From positions 13,252 to 77,251 of the forward strand of contig JAIOAW010000006.1 in the NCBI GenBank assembly GCA_019873625.1: a stretch of 64,000 nt of DNA, in the 5' to 3' direction. Each line of letters opens with the position of its first letter. The first letter of the stretch is position 1. The position numbers and the translations under genes were made by a program. The DNA comes from Chloroflexota bacterium. Its GTDB lineage: Bacteria > Chloroflexota > Anaerolineae > UBA1429. Below the pieces are notes generated by a model, which saw nothing but the letters and a program-made list of their open reading frames with translations, was not told the DNA's origin and searched no databases. Of this stretch, positions 23,179 to 32,282 are shown one piece after another.

Positions 23179-23622
23179 TCATCGCGCACTGGGCGATGAA
23201 CCGCGGCAGTTTTCGCAAAGGCCGTAGAGGGTTACGTCATCCAAGTCCGCCTCAAAGCCGTAGCGGGCGCGCAGGGCTTGGAGGAGCGGCTCCACCTCGT
23301 GAATGGGCACGCCGACGATGCGCCCGCACCCTTGGCAAACCAGGTGCACGTGTGGCTCTTGCAGGGCCGTGAGCGCGAAACGCGCTTGGCCATCCCCTGC
23401 ATCCACCGAGGCCACGAACCCCATATGGTGCAAGAGATCGAGCGTGCGGTAAATGGTGGAGATATCCACCGAGGCCGAAAGGCGCCGCACGCGTTCGTAA
23501 ATCTCCTCGGCCGTCTCAAACCCTTTGGCCTCATGCAAGGCCGAAAGCACCATCTCCCGCTGGGGGGTAAGGCGCAGGCCCCGCTGGTGCAACTCGCGGA
23601 TAAAGATCTTTTCGCACGCCAT
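23179..23622 (-). CDS. Fur-family metalloregulator (possibly Nur/nickel-responsive)
   Basis: …LTPQREMVLSAL…HHMGF…HVHLVCQGCGRIVGV…YGLCENC: winged-helix DNA-binding domain, HHxH and C-x2-C…C-x2-C zinc sites; sits 30 nt upstream of cbiM; start at MACEK (23622), preceded by AAAGGAG. Confidence 0.8.
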   Translation of the reverse strand: MACEKIFIRELHQRGLRLTPQREMVLSALHEAKGFETAEEIYERVRRLSASVDISTIYRTLDLLHHMGFVASVDAGDGQARFALTALQEPHVHLVCQGCGRIVGVPIHEVEPLLQALRARYGFEADLDDVTLYGLCENCRGSSPSAR

Positions 23623-23640
23623 TGTTGCGGCTCCTTTTTG

Positions 23641-23683
23641 TTGCAACTGGTTGCAAGATACCACATCTGCCCCGATGATGCAA
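23641..23683 (-). promoter_or_regulatory. Candidate promoter (-35 TTGCAT, 17 nt, -10 TGgTATCTT) with palindrome TTGCAAC-NN-GTTGCAA overlapping the -10/+1; putative autoregulatory operator
   Basis: Minus-strand read: TTGCATcatcggggcagatgtggTATCTTGCAACCAGTTGCAAcaaaaAGGAGccgcaacaATG. Confidence 0.45.
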
Positions 23684-23695
23684 AAAGGGCTTCGC

Positions 23696-24685
23696 CTATG
23701 CGCGGCGCTTGCCCACCGCCACCATATAGAGCGCCTTTTCGCGGCGCCCATCCACCCCCAAGAAGGCGTTGAGGGCCTCATCGTCAAAGGCGCCCACCGC
23801 GCAGGCCCCCAGGCCATATCCCTCGGCGGCGAGATAGACGTTCTGGGCGGCGTGGCCGGCCTCGAGGAGGATGTAGCGTTCGGCGCGCCCGCCGTAGCGC
23901 CGCTCGGTGCGCGCGGGCACGGCGCTCAGGATGATCACGACGCCCGCTTGTGCCAACATCCCCTGGCCAATGCCGATTTGCATAATGTGCCGTTCGAAAC
24001 GCCCCTCGCGGAGGAGTTCCAAGGCGTGCTCGGCCGGCCGATAGCGGTACAGCCCCGCTGCGAGCGCCTCCACGCGATGCACGAGGGCATACGTCTCGAG
24101 GGGATAGGTGGCCCCCGCTGAGGGCGCGGCGCGGAAGGCGCGAAGGGGGTCGGTTATCCCCTGGGCGGCGAAGAGAAGGCCGGCCAGTTCCCCCTGGCTG
24201 AGGGGGAGGGAGGCATAATCGCGCCGCGAGCGCCGCCGGCGGAGGGCTTCATCGAGCATAAGGGTACTCGGCAAAGGGGGCGGCAGGGGGATCGCCGCGC
24301 CGGAGGGGGTGGGCTGGGGGGGAGGAGAGGCGCCTCCCCGATCGGTTGGCGCGGGGCGGCCTTCCCTGGGCGCGGCCTTGCCTACCCAAAAGCCTATCAC
24401 CCCGCCCGCAAGCATCGCCAGGGCGCCCTGCAAAAAGTCGCGCCGCCCTCGCACGGGGCGGTAGGAGGGCGCCGGGCGATGCCAGCGATGGGCGTAGGAG
24501 CGGATGAGGGGCGCATTCAAGGCAAGGTGCAGGGCGCCCAGGGCGGCGCAGGCGTAGCCCATCTCCGCGTGGAGGATGAACGTGGGCAAGCCCCGCACGT
24601 CCATCAGGATGCCGCTCCACATGGTGTAGAGGGCGCACAGGCCCAAAAGGAGGATCACGAGGTAACTCATATCGCGTTGGCGCAT
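23696..24685 (-). CDS. Membrane-anchored SagB/ThcOx-type nitroreductase-family dehydrogenase
   Basis: N-terminal TM helices; C-terminal …RRSRRDYASLPLS…LEAGHAAQNVYLAAEGYGLGACAVGAFDD…, typical nitroreductase fold motifs. Confidence 0.7.
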   Translation of the reverse strand: MRQRDMSYLVILLLGLCALYTMWSGILMDVRGLPTFILHAEMGYACAALGALHLALNAPLIRSYAHRWHRPAPSYRPVRGRRDFLQGALAMLAGGVIGFWVGKAAPREGRPAPTDRGGASPPPQPTPSGAAIPLPPPLPSTLMLDEALRRRRSRRDYASLPLSQGELAGLLFAAQGITDPLRAFRAAPSAGATYPLETYALVHRVEALAAGLYRYRPAEHALELLREGRFERHIMQIGIGQGMLAQAGVVIILSAVPARTERRYGGRAERYILLEAGHAAQNVYLAAEGYGLGACAVGAFDDEALNAFLGVDGRREKALYMVAVGKRRA

Positions 24686-24808
24686 CGGTCTTTCTCCTCA
24701 TCGTTGTGGGGGCAGGGGCGGGCATTACGGTTTGCCAACCCCGCCGCACGGAGGATTCCGCCGATCGTATTATAATCCATAGCGCGAGTGCTTTCGTGGG
24801 GAGGAAGG

Positions 24809-25480
24809 ATGGAACGCGAGGCGGTGAGGGCGTTTTTGGAAAGGCACCTCTATTTTCGCCATCTGCCCCCGCAGGATCGGGAACGCCTCTTGCGGCAGGC
24901 GCAGTTGCGCACCCTTGAGGCGGGGGAGGTCTTGGCCCTGGAGGGCGAACCCTGCACGATGGTGTATGTGGTGCTCCGGGGGCGCCTTTATGCCCTTAAA
25001 ACCTCACCCGAGGGGCGCGAGCAGATCGTGAACAGCCTCCTAGCCGGCCAGGTGCTTTATGCCGTGCCGGCCCTCGACGGCCTCCCCTTGCCCGCCACAA
25101 CCCAAGCGGCCAGCCGTGCGGTGGTGCTCTCCATCCCCAAGGGGGCCTTTTTGGAGGCCCTGCGCACCTGCCCCGATATGGCCATGGCCGTCTTGCGAGA
25201 TTTCGCTGGCCGCTTGCGCCGCTTGACCGCTTTGGTGGAAGATTTGGCCCTGCGCTCCGTGGCCGAAAGGCTCGCTCGGCTCCTCTATGAGCGGGCCTTG
25301 CAGCCCGGCTCGCCGAGGATGACCCAACGGGAAATGGCCGCGCACCTGGGCACCGTGCGCGAGGTGGTGGCGAGGGCGCTGGCCCAATTCGAAAGGCAGG
25401 GGTGGATCCGCCTAGGGCGCGGGGTAATCGAAATCTTGGACGTCGAGGCCCTGCGCCAGGCCGCCGGCCTGGGAATGTAA
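24809..25480 (+). CDS. Crp/Fnr-family transcriptional regulator
   Basis: cNMP-binding-like domain plus C-terminal HTH (…MTQREMAAHLGTVREVVARALAQFERQGWI…); GGAGG upstream of ATG 24809; no N-terminal Cys cluster, so Crp-like rather than Fnr. Confidence 0.8.
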   Translation: MEREAVRAFLERHLYFRHLPPQDRERLLRQAQLRTLEAGEVLALEGEPCTMVYVVLRGRLYALKTSPEGREQIVNSLLAGQVLYAVPALDGLPLPATTQAASRAVVLSIPKGAFLEALRTCPDMAMAVLRDFAGRLRRLTALVEDLALRSVAERLARLLYERALQPGSPRMTQREMAAHLGTVREVVARALAQFERQGWIRLGRGVIEILDVEALRQAAGLGM

Positions 25481-25546
25481 CTTGGGTTACAGCCCTAGCC
25501 GGGGTTTGATGGCATACTGAGGAAAAGACGAGGGAGTAAAGGCCCG

Positions 25547-25807
25547 ATGGGCGAGACGGTTATGCCGGAGATAGATGCGTCTCTTTGCCTCCTCTGTGGG
25601 TACTGTGTGGCGGCCTGCCCGGCGGGCGCCTTGAGCCTTTCGGAAGGGGGCGTTCACCTCGACGAGAGCCTCTGCGCCTACTGTGGAGATTGCGAGGCCG
25701 TGTGCCCCAACGGGGCAATCTCTTTGCCCTATGAGGTGCGCGTGCAAAACGCCAAGACGGCCGGCCCTCTTGGCGAACCGCCGGCCGTTCCGCACGGCCC
25801 AACGTGA
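25547..25807 (+). CDS. 2x[4Fe-4S] ferredoxin
   Basis: CLLCGYCVAACP and CAYCGDCEAVCP motifs. Confidence 0.85.
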   Translation: MGETVMPEIDASLCLLCGYCVAACPAGALSLSEGGVHLDESLCAYCGDCEAVCPNGAISLPYEVRVQNAKTAGPLGEPPAVPHGPT

Positions 25808-25826
25808 TAGAAATGGGAGGGGCGAG

Positions 25827-26024
25827 TTAGCGGGCTTCCCAATCCTCGCAGGTCATCTCGTCAGGGCAGCGGGGGCACTGCCGCCGAATGGCCTCCTGCG
25901 AGAGAAGGCGAATATTGATGTGGGAAGGCAGAGATTTGGCGCAGTAGCCGTGCCCCTCCACCATAGTGTAATAGCGGCAATCGGTGCAACGGCGATTGGT
26001 AGACTTGCGGCCAAATAACCTCAT
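25827..26024 (-). CDS. Small Cys-rich (zinc-ribbon-like) hypothetical protein
   Basis: 65 aa with CxxC…C…CxxC…C; GGAGGG upstream of the ATG. Confidence 0.4.
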   Translation of the reverse strand: MRLFGRKSTNRRCTDCRYYTMVEGHGYCAKSLPSHINIRLLSQEAIRRQCPRCPDEMTCEDWEAR

Positions 26025-26198
26025 AGCGCATCCCTCCGAAGAAGATCCCTCGCAAGCCGGTTACGGCCTTGCCTGTGGGTGCAAGTATAGGGGAGAAGGG
26101 GGCCTTGTCAAAAACGGAATAACCCTTTGGCACGTAAGATATCCCTCTCCGGCAGGGTTGTGGTATAATGAGCCGCGTCATTTTACGGAGGCAAAAGG

Positions 26199-27404
26199 TT
26201 GACCATCACCCGCAGGCTGTTTTGGGAAGATCCTTACCGGCGCGAGTTTGAGGCCACCGTCATCGAGAGCACCGACTATGCGGGGCAGCCCGCCGTCGTG
26301 CTCGATGTGACCTGTTTTTACCCTACCTCGGGCGGCCAGCCCCACGATGTGGGCACCCTGAACGGCATCGCCGTCTGTGAGGTGCTGGAAGAGGGTGGGC
26401 GGATCCTGCACATCCTCGAGAGGCCCCTGGCGGAAGGAACTGCCGTCCACGGCGCGATTGACTGGCCCCGGCGGTTTGACCATATGCAGCAGCACAGCGG
26501 CCAACACCTTCTTTCCCAGGCTTTTGAACGCCTGTTTGATGCCGAGACGGTCTCCTTTCATCTGGGCGAGGAGGCCTGCACCATTGACGTAACGATGGCC
26601 GATCTCGACCTTGCCCAGGTGAGCCAGGTGGAGGCCTTGGTGAACGGTGTCATCTTTGAGAACCGCCCCATCTCGGCCCGCGAGTATGCCGAAGAGGAGA
26701 TCGGCGCGCTTGGCCTGCGCAAAGCGCCCACTGTGCACGGGCGCATCCGCATCGTCGAGGTGGAGGGGTTTGACCGTTGTGCGTGCGGCGGCACCCACGT
26801 GCGCACCACGGGGGAAATCGGCCTGGTGCACATCCGCCGGTGGGAAAAGCGCCGCAGCCAAACACGGGTCGAGTTCCTGTGCGGGGGGCGTGCCCAGAGA
26901 GATTACCTCCGGCTGGAGGCCCTCTGCCGCGAGGCGGCCAACCGCTTGAGCGTGGGCGTGGGCGAACTGCCTGAGGCTATTGTGCGGCTCCAAGAGGCCT
27001 TGCAGCAATCGGGCCGAGAGGCGCAGGCCCTGCGCAAACAACTCCTCGAAAGGGAAGTGGCCCTCCTCGCCCTAGAGGCGGAGCCGATCCCCGGCGGACG
27101 TTTGCTCTGCCGCCTGCTGGCCGATTACGATGCGGCCGCTATGCGCTATATCGCCCAAGGCCTGGCCGCCCAGGGGGGCATCGTGGCCTTGCTCGCCGTG
27201 CGAGAACCCTCTGCCCAGGTGTGCTTCGTGCGTTCTGCCGATTTCGAGGCGGATATGGTGGCCCTCTTTCGGGAGGCGGCCGGCCCATATGGGGGGCGCG
27301 GCGGGGGCCAGCCGCACGCCGCGCAGGGGGGCGGTATGCGTGCGGATGATTTGCCCGCCATCCTTGCGCGTGCCCGCGCGCTTCTTCTGGGCGAGACGGG
27401 GTGA
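26199..27404 (+). CDS. alaX: AlaX-type aminoacyl-tRNA editing protein (alanyl-tRNA synthetase second additional domain)
   Basis: HSGQHLL (HxxxH) and CGGTHV zinc motifs; TTG start with GGAGG 7 nt upstream; extended -10 TGgTATAAT at ~26143..26151. Confidence 0.8.
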   Translation: MTITRRLFWEDPYRREFEATVIESTDYAGQPAVVLDVTCFYPTSGGQPHDVGTLNGIAVCEVLEEGGRILHILERPLAEGTAVHGAIDWPRRFDHMQQHSGQHLLSQAFERLFDAETVSFHLGEEACTIDVTMADLDLAQVSQVEALVNGVIFENRPISAREYAEEEIGALGLRKAPTVHGRIRIVEVEGFDRCACGGTHVRTTGEIGLVHIRRWEKRRSQTRVEFLCGGRAQRDYLRLEALCREAANRLSVGVGELPEAIVRLQEALQQSGREAQALRKQLLEREVALLALEAEPIPGGRLLCRLLADYDAAAMRYIAQGLAAQGGIVALLAVREPSAQVCFVRSADFEADMVALFREAAGPYGGRGGGQPHAAQGGGMRADDLPAILARARALLLGETG

Positions 27405-27413
27405 AAAAGGGGG

Positions 27414-28271
27414 ATGATGGTGAAGGAAATCGGCCAAGGCGTGTATATCGAAACGCGCTTTGAGGGGGGGAACGTAGGCGCCGTGAGCACGGCGCGCGGC
27501 GGGCTGCTCGTCAATGCCCCGATGCTCCCCAACGAGGCCCGCGAGTGGCAGTTGGCCCTTCGGCAAATCGGCATTCACAGCCTGTACGGCATCGTCAATA
27601 CGGATTATCTCCCCGAACACGCCTTGGGGAACTCTTTCTTCAGGCCGGTTCGTACCTTCGGCCATGAGGCGGCGTTTCGATTCATCGCCAAATCTGAGGC
27701 CGCCGTGCTGGAGGAGTTGAGCGCGCGCTATCGGGAGGTGTATCCCTCGCTGGCGCAAGAGATTTTGGCGATGCGGTTCACCCCCCCAGAGGTCGCCGTG
27801 GGCGACCGGCTCACCCTGTATTTTGAAGATCGCGTGGCAGAAATCCTGCTCCTCGAGGGTTATACGCCAGGATCGTTGGGGCTGTACCTCCCGCAAGACC
27901 GCATCCTTTTTGCCGGCGATAATGTAACGAACGGCGAGCACCCCGCGCTGGCCCAGGCGGATTCTCTGGCCTGGCTCAAAACGCTCGAGCGCATCGAGGC
28001 CATGGAGGTGGACCTCATCGTGCCGGGCAAGGGCGAGCCGTGTGGCAAGGAGGTCATCCGCCCCCTGTACACCTACATCGAAGAGATGCGCAACCGCGTG
28101 ACCGAGTTATTCCAAAAAGGCGTCAGCCGCCGCGAATGCGTGGAGCGAGTGGACCTGTTCAACTTTTTCCCGGTGCTGCCAGCGCAAGAGGCGCTCCTGC
28201 GCAAGCGCTACCGCGAGAGCATCGAACGCGTCTATACCGAGGTGCGCCTTGCCTTGCGCAAGCGTTCGTGA
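27414..28271 (+). CDS. MBL-fold-like protein with degenerate metal-binding motif
   Basis: N-terminal beta-lactamase-like pattern (GVYIETRFEGGNVGAV…GLLVNAP) but the HxHxDH position reads NTDYLPEH. Confidence 0.5.
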   Translation: MMVKEIGQGVYIETRFEGGNVGAVSTARGGLLVNAPMLPNEAREWQLALRQIGIHSLYGIVNTDYLPEHALGNSFFRPVRTFGHEAAFRFIAKSEAAVLEELSARYREVYPSLAQEILAMRFTPPEVAVGDRLTLYFEDRVAEILLLEGYTPGSLGLYLPQDRILFAGDNVTNGEHPALAQADSLAWLKTLERIEAMEVDLIVPGKGEPCGKEVIRPLYTYIEEMRNRVTELFQKGVSRRECVERVDLFNFFPVLPAQEALLRKRYRESIERVYTEVRLALRKRS

Positions 28272-28294
28272 GCGGCTCCTTGGCGAGTATCCCT

Positions 28295-29227
28295 ATGTCC
28301 TCCAAAGCGCCCTTTGAGATCATCGAGACCAACCGACGCACCGTGATAGATATCCTCATCGCCTCTTCGGTGAACGAGGCCCTGGGGTATTTGACCTCTC
28401 ACCACCGGGAGGCCCAGGTGATGGGCGGGGGCACCTGCCTGATGCCCCAAGTGCAGCGAGGAGAGATTCGCCCCATCCGCCTGGTGGATGTCTCGCACAT
28501 CGGCGCGATGAAGCGCATTGCCCGCGAGGGAGAGATGCTTCTCATCGGCGGGGCAGTTACCTTTGCGCGTTTGGCCAAATGCGAGGCCGTTCAAGAGGCC
28601 GCTCCGCTCCTTTGGGAGGCGGCCTCCGCGATGGGCACGCCGGCCATCCGCCGCTTGGCCACTTTGGCGGGGAATGTCGTGGCATCGGTGGGCAATGCCG
28701 ATGGCGCCGTGGCTTTGGTGGCGCTCGGCGCCGAGGCCGAGGTTACGAACCTTACCGGGTCGCAGTGGCTACCCATCCTTTCTCTCTTTATGAGGCAGGG
28801 CGTCTCGCGCATCAACCCGAGTTCGGAGATCATCACGGCTTTTCGCCTTTCGGCCTTGGGCACGGGGCAGGGGTGTGCCTTTGTGCGGGCTAAACCCGCC
28901 GCCCCGTGGCAACGCGCCCCCTTTGTGCTCGGCCTGGTGCTCTCTTTGGATGAGGCCAAAGAGAGGGTGGCGAGGGCCGCGGTGGCGGTGGGCTGGGCGG
29001 GCGGCATCCCCCTGCGGCTAACTGAGGTTGAACGCGAGATGGCCGGTTGGTCCGCCTCCAGCGAAGATACATGGGGCGCCTTCGGCGCCATGGTGCGCGA
29101 GGCCCTCTTTGGCGGCAGGGCCGAGATTCCCCCCGCCCTCGAGATGGATATCGCACGGCTGGCGCCGCGTGCCTTCCGGCGGGCCGTGGAGCAGGCGCGC
29201 CGGGGGCCGAACGCGGCGCACCCGTGA
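28295..29227 (+). CDS. FAD-binding subunit of a molybdopterin dehydrogenase (CoxM/XdhB-like), orphan in this window
   Basis: GGGTCLMPQVQRGEIRPIRLVDVSHI…LIGGAVTFARL…AIRRLATLAGNV parallels the CoxM FAD-binding domain. Confidence 0.7.
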   Translation: MSSKAPFEIIETNRRTVIDILIASSVNEALGYLTSHHREAQVMGGGTCLMPQVQRGEIRPIRLVDVSHIGAMKRIAREGEMLLIGGAVTFARLAKCEAVQEAAPLLWEAASAMGTPAIRRLATLAGNVVASVGNADGAVALVALGAEAEVTNLTGSQWLPILSLFMRQGVSRINPSSEIITAFRLSALGTGQGCAFVRAKPAAPWQRAPFVLGLVLSLDEAKERVARAAVAVGWAGGIPLRLTEVEREMAGWSASSEDTWGAFGAMVREALFGGRAEIPPALEMDIARLAPRAFRRAVEQARRGPNAAHP

Positions 29228-29242
29228 GGGGCGAATCGGGCG

Positions 29243-30409
29243 ATGGTGCCGGCTGGCCTTTACGTGCATATCCCCTTTTGCCTGGCCAAGTGCGCGTATT
29301 GCGATTTCGTCTCCTTTGCGGGCCTCGAACCCCTTTATGAGGCCTATGTCGAGGCGCTCTTGCGAGAGGCGGCCCTCGTCGCGCCTCGTTGGGCAGAGTT
29401 TTCCTTCGACACCCTTTTTATCGGGGGCGGCACGCCCACCGTGCTCCCTGTGGCCTGGTTAGAGGCGGTTATCACCGCCTGCCGCGAGGTGCTTCACCTG
29501 GCGGAAGGGGCCGAAATCACCGTGGAAGCCAACCCGGGCACGGTGGATTTCCCCAGCCTCCGCGCCCTACGCGAGGCCGGCGTCACCCGGCTGAGCCTTG
29601 GCATCCAGAGCCTGCGCGATGCCGACCTGGCCCTCTTGGGGCGCCTGCATAACTGCCAAACGGCGCGCGAGGCCTATACCCTCGCGCGCCAGGCGGGGTT
29701 TGAGAACATCAACCTCGATTTCATCTTCGGCTTGCCCGGCCAAACCGTGCCCCAATGGCAGGGGGTGCTCGAAGAGGCCTTGAGCCTCCGGCCGGAACAC
29801 CTTTCCCTGTACGCTTTGACCTTGGAAGAGGGCACCCCTCTTGAGGCGCGCATCCGCCGGGGCGATCTCCCCGCGCCCGATGAGGAGGCCTCTGCCGCGA
29901 TGTACGAACTCGCCGAGGCCCTTTTGGGCAGGTCAGGCTACGCCCATTACGAAATCTCCAACTGGGCGCGGCGCACGCCTGCCGATCCGCCCTATGGCCC
30001 GCCGGCCTTGGCTTGCCGCCACAACCTCAAATATTGGCGGAACGAACCCTACTTGGGCCTAGGGGCCGCCGCCCACAGTTACGATGGCACGGCGCGCTAT
30101 GCGAACGTGAGCGACCCGGCGGCCTACATCGCGCGAATAGGCCAAGGCCAAGAGGCCGTCGCCGAACGAGAGGTGCTAACCCCTGCGCAGGCGATGGGCG
30201 AGACGATGATGCTGGGCCTGCGCCTCATCGAGGGGGTAGAGTATGCTGCCTTTGAGGCGCGCTTCGGCGTGCCGATGAGGGCCGTCTATGCCCGCGAGAT
30301 GGAGGAACTCATCCAAGAAGGCTTATTGGAGGCCGACGAGTGCGGCGTGCGCCTCACCCCGCGCGGGAGGCTCTTGGGGAACCGGGTGTTTGCGGCGTTT
30401 TTGCCCTAG
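29243..30409 (+). CDS. hemW: Radical SAM heme chaperone HemW (coproporphyrinogen III oxidase-like)
   Basis: YVHIPFCLAKCAYCDF (CxxxCxxC) and …FIGGGTP…. Confidence 0.85.
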   Translation: MVPAGLYVHIPFCLAKCAYCDFVSFAGLEPLYEAYVEALLREAALVAPRWAEFSFDTLFIGGGTPTVLPVAWLEAVITACREVLHLAEGAEITVEANPGTVDFPSLRALREAGVTRLSLGIQSLRDADLALLGRLHNCQTAREAYTLARQAGFENINLDFIFGLPGQTVPQWQGVLEEALSLRPEHLSLYALTLEEGTPLEARIRRGDLPAPDEEASAAMYELAEALLGRSGYAHYEISNWARRTPADPPYGPPALACRHNLKYWRNEPYLGLGAAAHSYDGTARYANVSDPAAYIARIGQGQEAVAEREVLTPAQAMGETMMLGLRLIEGVEYAAFEARFGVPMRAVYAREMEELIQEGLLEADECGVRLTPRGRLLGNRVFAAFLP

Positions 30410-32217
30410 TGTTGGGCCCATTTCGCCAAAAAGGGGATGTAAATCGAAAACCGCGGCCGGGGCAGGACGGAAAGGGTAGGCCCCAGCCGCAGCGCATTTT
30501 CTTGGCCCCCTTCGAGGGGAAGGCGCTCGCCGGTGGCCCAATTGTACACCCACACCTCGATAGCGTATGTGCCGCTGACCATCTCCCTAGGGGTGAAGAG
30601 GAGGTGCTCATCCACGATCACGTCCCCTCGGCGCCAGTGCGTGGGGGGATAGTTCGCCGCCGCTCCCGGCGCGTGGTCGCTCTGGGCTACGAGGCGCCCC
30701 TCTGCATCCACCACGTGGATAAAGACCGAATAGTCGAAATCGGGCGGGCGGAGCGCCTGCCAATACAGCCTAAACGTAACCTTGCCGCTGACTCCCTCGA
30801 GGAGCGGCCCCGGGCGTAGTTCATAGCCTCGCAGGGCGATCATCTCACCGAACCGAACATTCATCTTGTTCGGCGCAAAGAGAAGGCTGGCGCGCGGCGC
30901 GGGGGCCACGTTCGGGTTGACGACCTGGATTCCTCGGAGGAAGGGCACATCTTTCCAATCCCACAGGCGTTGGGGCGCCAGATCCACGTTCACTGGGGTG
31001 CCGCTCCAAGAGATTACATCCCAATTCGTGGCGCAGCGCCATTGGATCCATCCTGAGATGAGCGTCAAGATGCCCAAAGAAGTGTAAACCCCAACGCGAT
31101 AGGGGATTTTCACCCCCAAGGGCCGCTCGAAAAAGGGAATGAGATAGAAGATGAAAAAAGAGTTCAAATCAGCAAAATAGCGCGGCCCCACCGAATGCCC
31201 AGCCCACCAAGCGGCTGCGAAAAGCGAGATGGATATCCAATGGAGGCCGATCGTCGCGAGAATTACGAGGTCAATCCCGCGCATTTGCCCGCGGCGCGCT
31301 TTGAGCCAGCCTCCCGCAAGGGCGAAGAGCAAAGCAGGGCTGTAGATGAATAGCCCTCGGCCAGGGCTGAACAGAGTGCCGGGCAGGCCATCCCAACGGG
31401 GGCGCGAATGAGTGCTCGCGAAGAGATAGTATTGGTCGAGCACTCGGCCCGATTTCGCGTAGCAATCCGCAAAAAGCGGGATGAGTGAGATGAGGCCAAG
31501 GCCGGCGAACAGGGGGAAGCGCTTGCGATAGCGCCAGAGCACATAGAGGCTAAAAAGGCCCACGGGGACAAGGTTCGTGGGGCGAATGGCATATGAAAAA
31601 AAGAGGGGTATGGCAGCGGCATAGATCCAACGATCGTCCTGCTCGGCGCGGAGCAAGCAATAGAGCGCAAAGGTCAGCGTCAACAGCGAAGGGCCATGTT
31701 GCCAAAGAGATTGGCTGATGATGGCCCAGGTGTTTGTGGCGTAGGCAAAGATCAAAGCGAGGAGTAGAGCGCGCCAAGCATCCACGTAGAGGCGGCAGAG
31801 AAAATACACCATGATGGTCGCCAGCCCCGTGAGGCATACCGCCACGGCCGCTTCGAGCCTCCCTGGGTAGGTTTGTTGAGCTTTGGCGTACAGGTCCAAG
31901 CCGAACACGTGGGCAGCCACTGTGTCGAAGGCATATACGATGGGCAGGGCCATAATTGTCGGGCCGATGGGGTACCAGTTATAGAGGTGCCCATTATGGC
32001 GGCGCACGCCATAATCGCGGGGGGTGATCATCCCGCGATATTCGTCGAGGTCGGTGTTCCCCTCGTGGATGAGGCTGAGGGCGGTAGGGATGTACCAGCG
32101 CGTGTCGCCCGAGTGGGCCGCTCTGCCGTTGAACTGGGTGAGGACGATGAGGACGAAAAGGCACAGCGCGATCCACCGATCACGCCGATCCTTTTTGCCT
32201 GGTTCGGGATGTATCAT
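30406..32217 (-). CDS. GT-C-like polytopic membrane protein with soluble C-terminal domain (paralog 1)
   Basis: ~11 TM helices; loop motif NTDLDEYR resembling the DE-containing loop of ArnT/PMT-type glycosyltransferases; ~65-70% identical to the upstream paralog. Confidence 0.5.
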   Translation of the reverse strand: MIHPEPGKKDRRDRWIALCLFVLIVLTQFNGRAAHSGDTRWYIPTALSLIHEGNTDLDEYRGMITPRDYGVRRHNGHLYNWYPIGPTIMALPIVYAFDTVAAHVFGLDLYAKAQQTYPGRLEAAVAVCLTGLATIMVYFLCRLYVDAWRALLLALIFAYATNTWAIISQSLWQHGPSLLTLTFALYCLLRAEQDDRWIYAAAIPLFFSYAIRPTNLVPVGLFSLYVLWRYRKRFPLFAGLGLISLIPLFADCYAKSGRVLDQYYLFASTHSRPRWDGLPGTLFSPGRGLFIYSPALLFALAGGWLKARRGQMRGIDLVILATIGLHWISISLFAAAWWAGHSVGPRYFADLNSFFIFYLIPFFERPLGVKIPYRVGVYTSLGILTLISGWIQWRCATNWDVISWSGTPVNVDLAPQRLWDWKDVPFLRGIQVVNPNVAPAPRASLLFAPNKMNVRFGEMIALRGYELRPGPLLEGVSGKVTFRLYWQALRPPDFDYSVFIHVVDAEGRLVAQSDHAPGAAANYPPTHWRRGDVIVDEHLLFTPREMVSGTYAIEVWVYNWATGERLPLEGGQENALRLGPTLSVLPRPRFSIYIPFLAKWAQH

Positions 32218-32282
32218 AGGGCGTCCTCCGGCCTACAGGGCATCATACCCCAAGCGAAATGGAACTCCATCGAAAGCCCTTT

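Noticed and set aside
23149-23700. Expected cobalamin riboswitch upstream of cbiMNQO
   Set aside because: No B12-box-like GCCACTG element or the typical multi-stem architecture seen; the region is occupied by the fur-family ORF and a protein-type operator instead.
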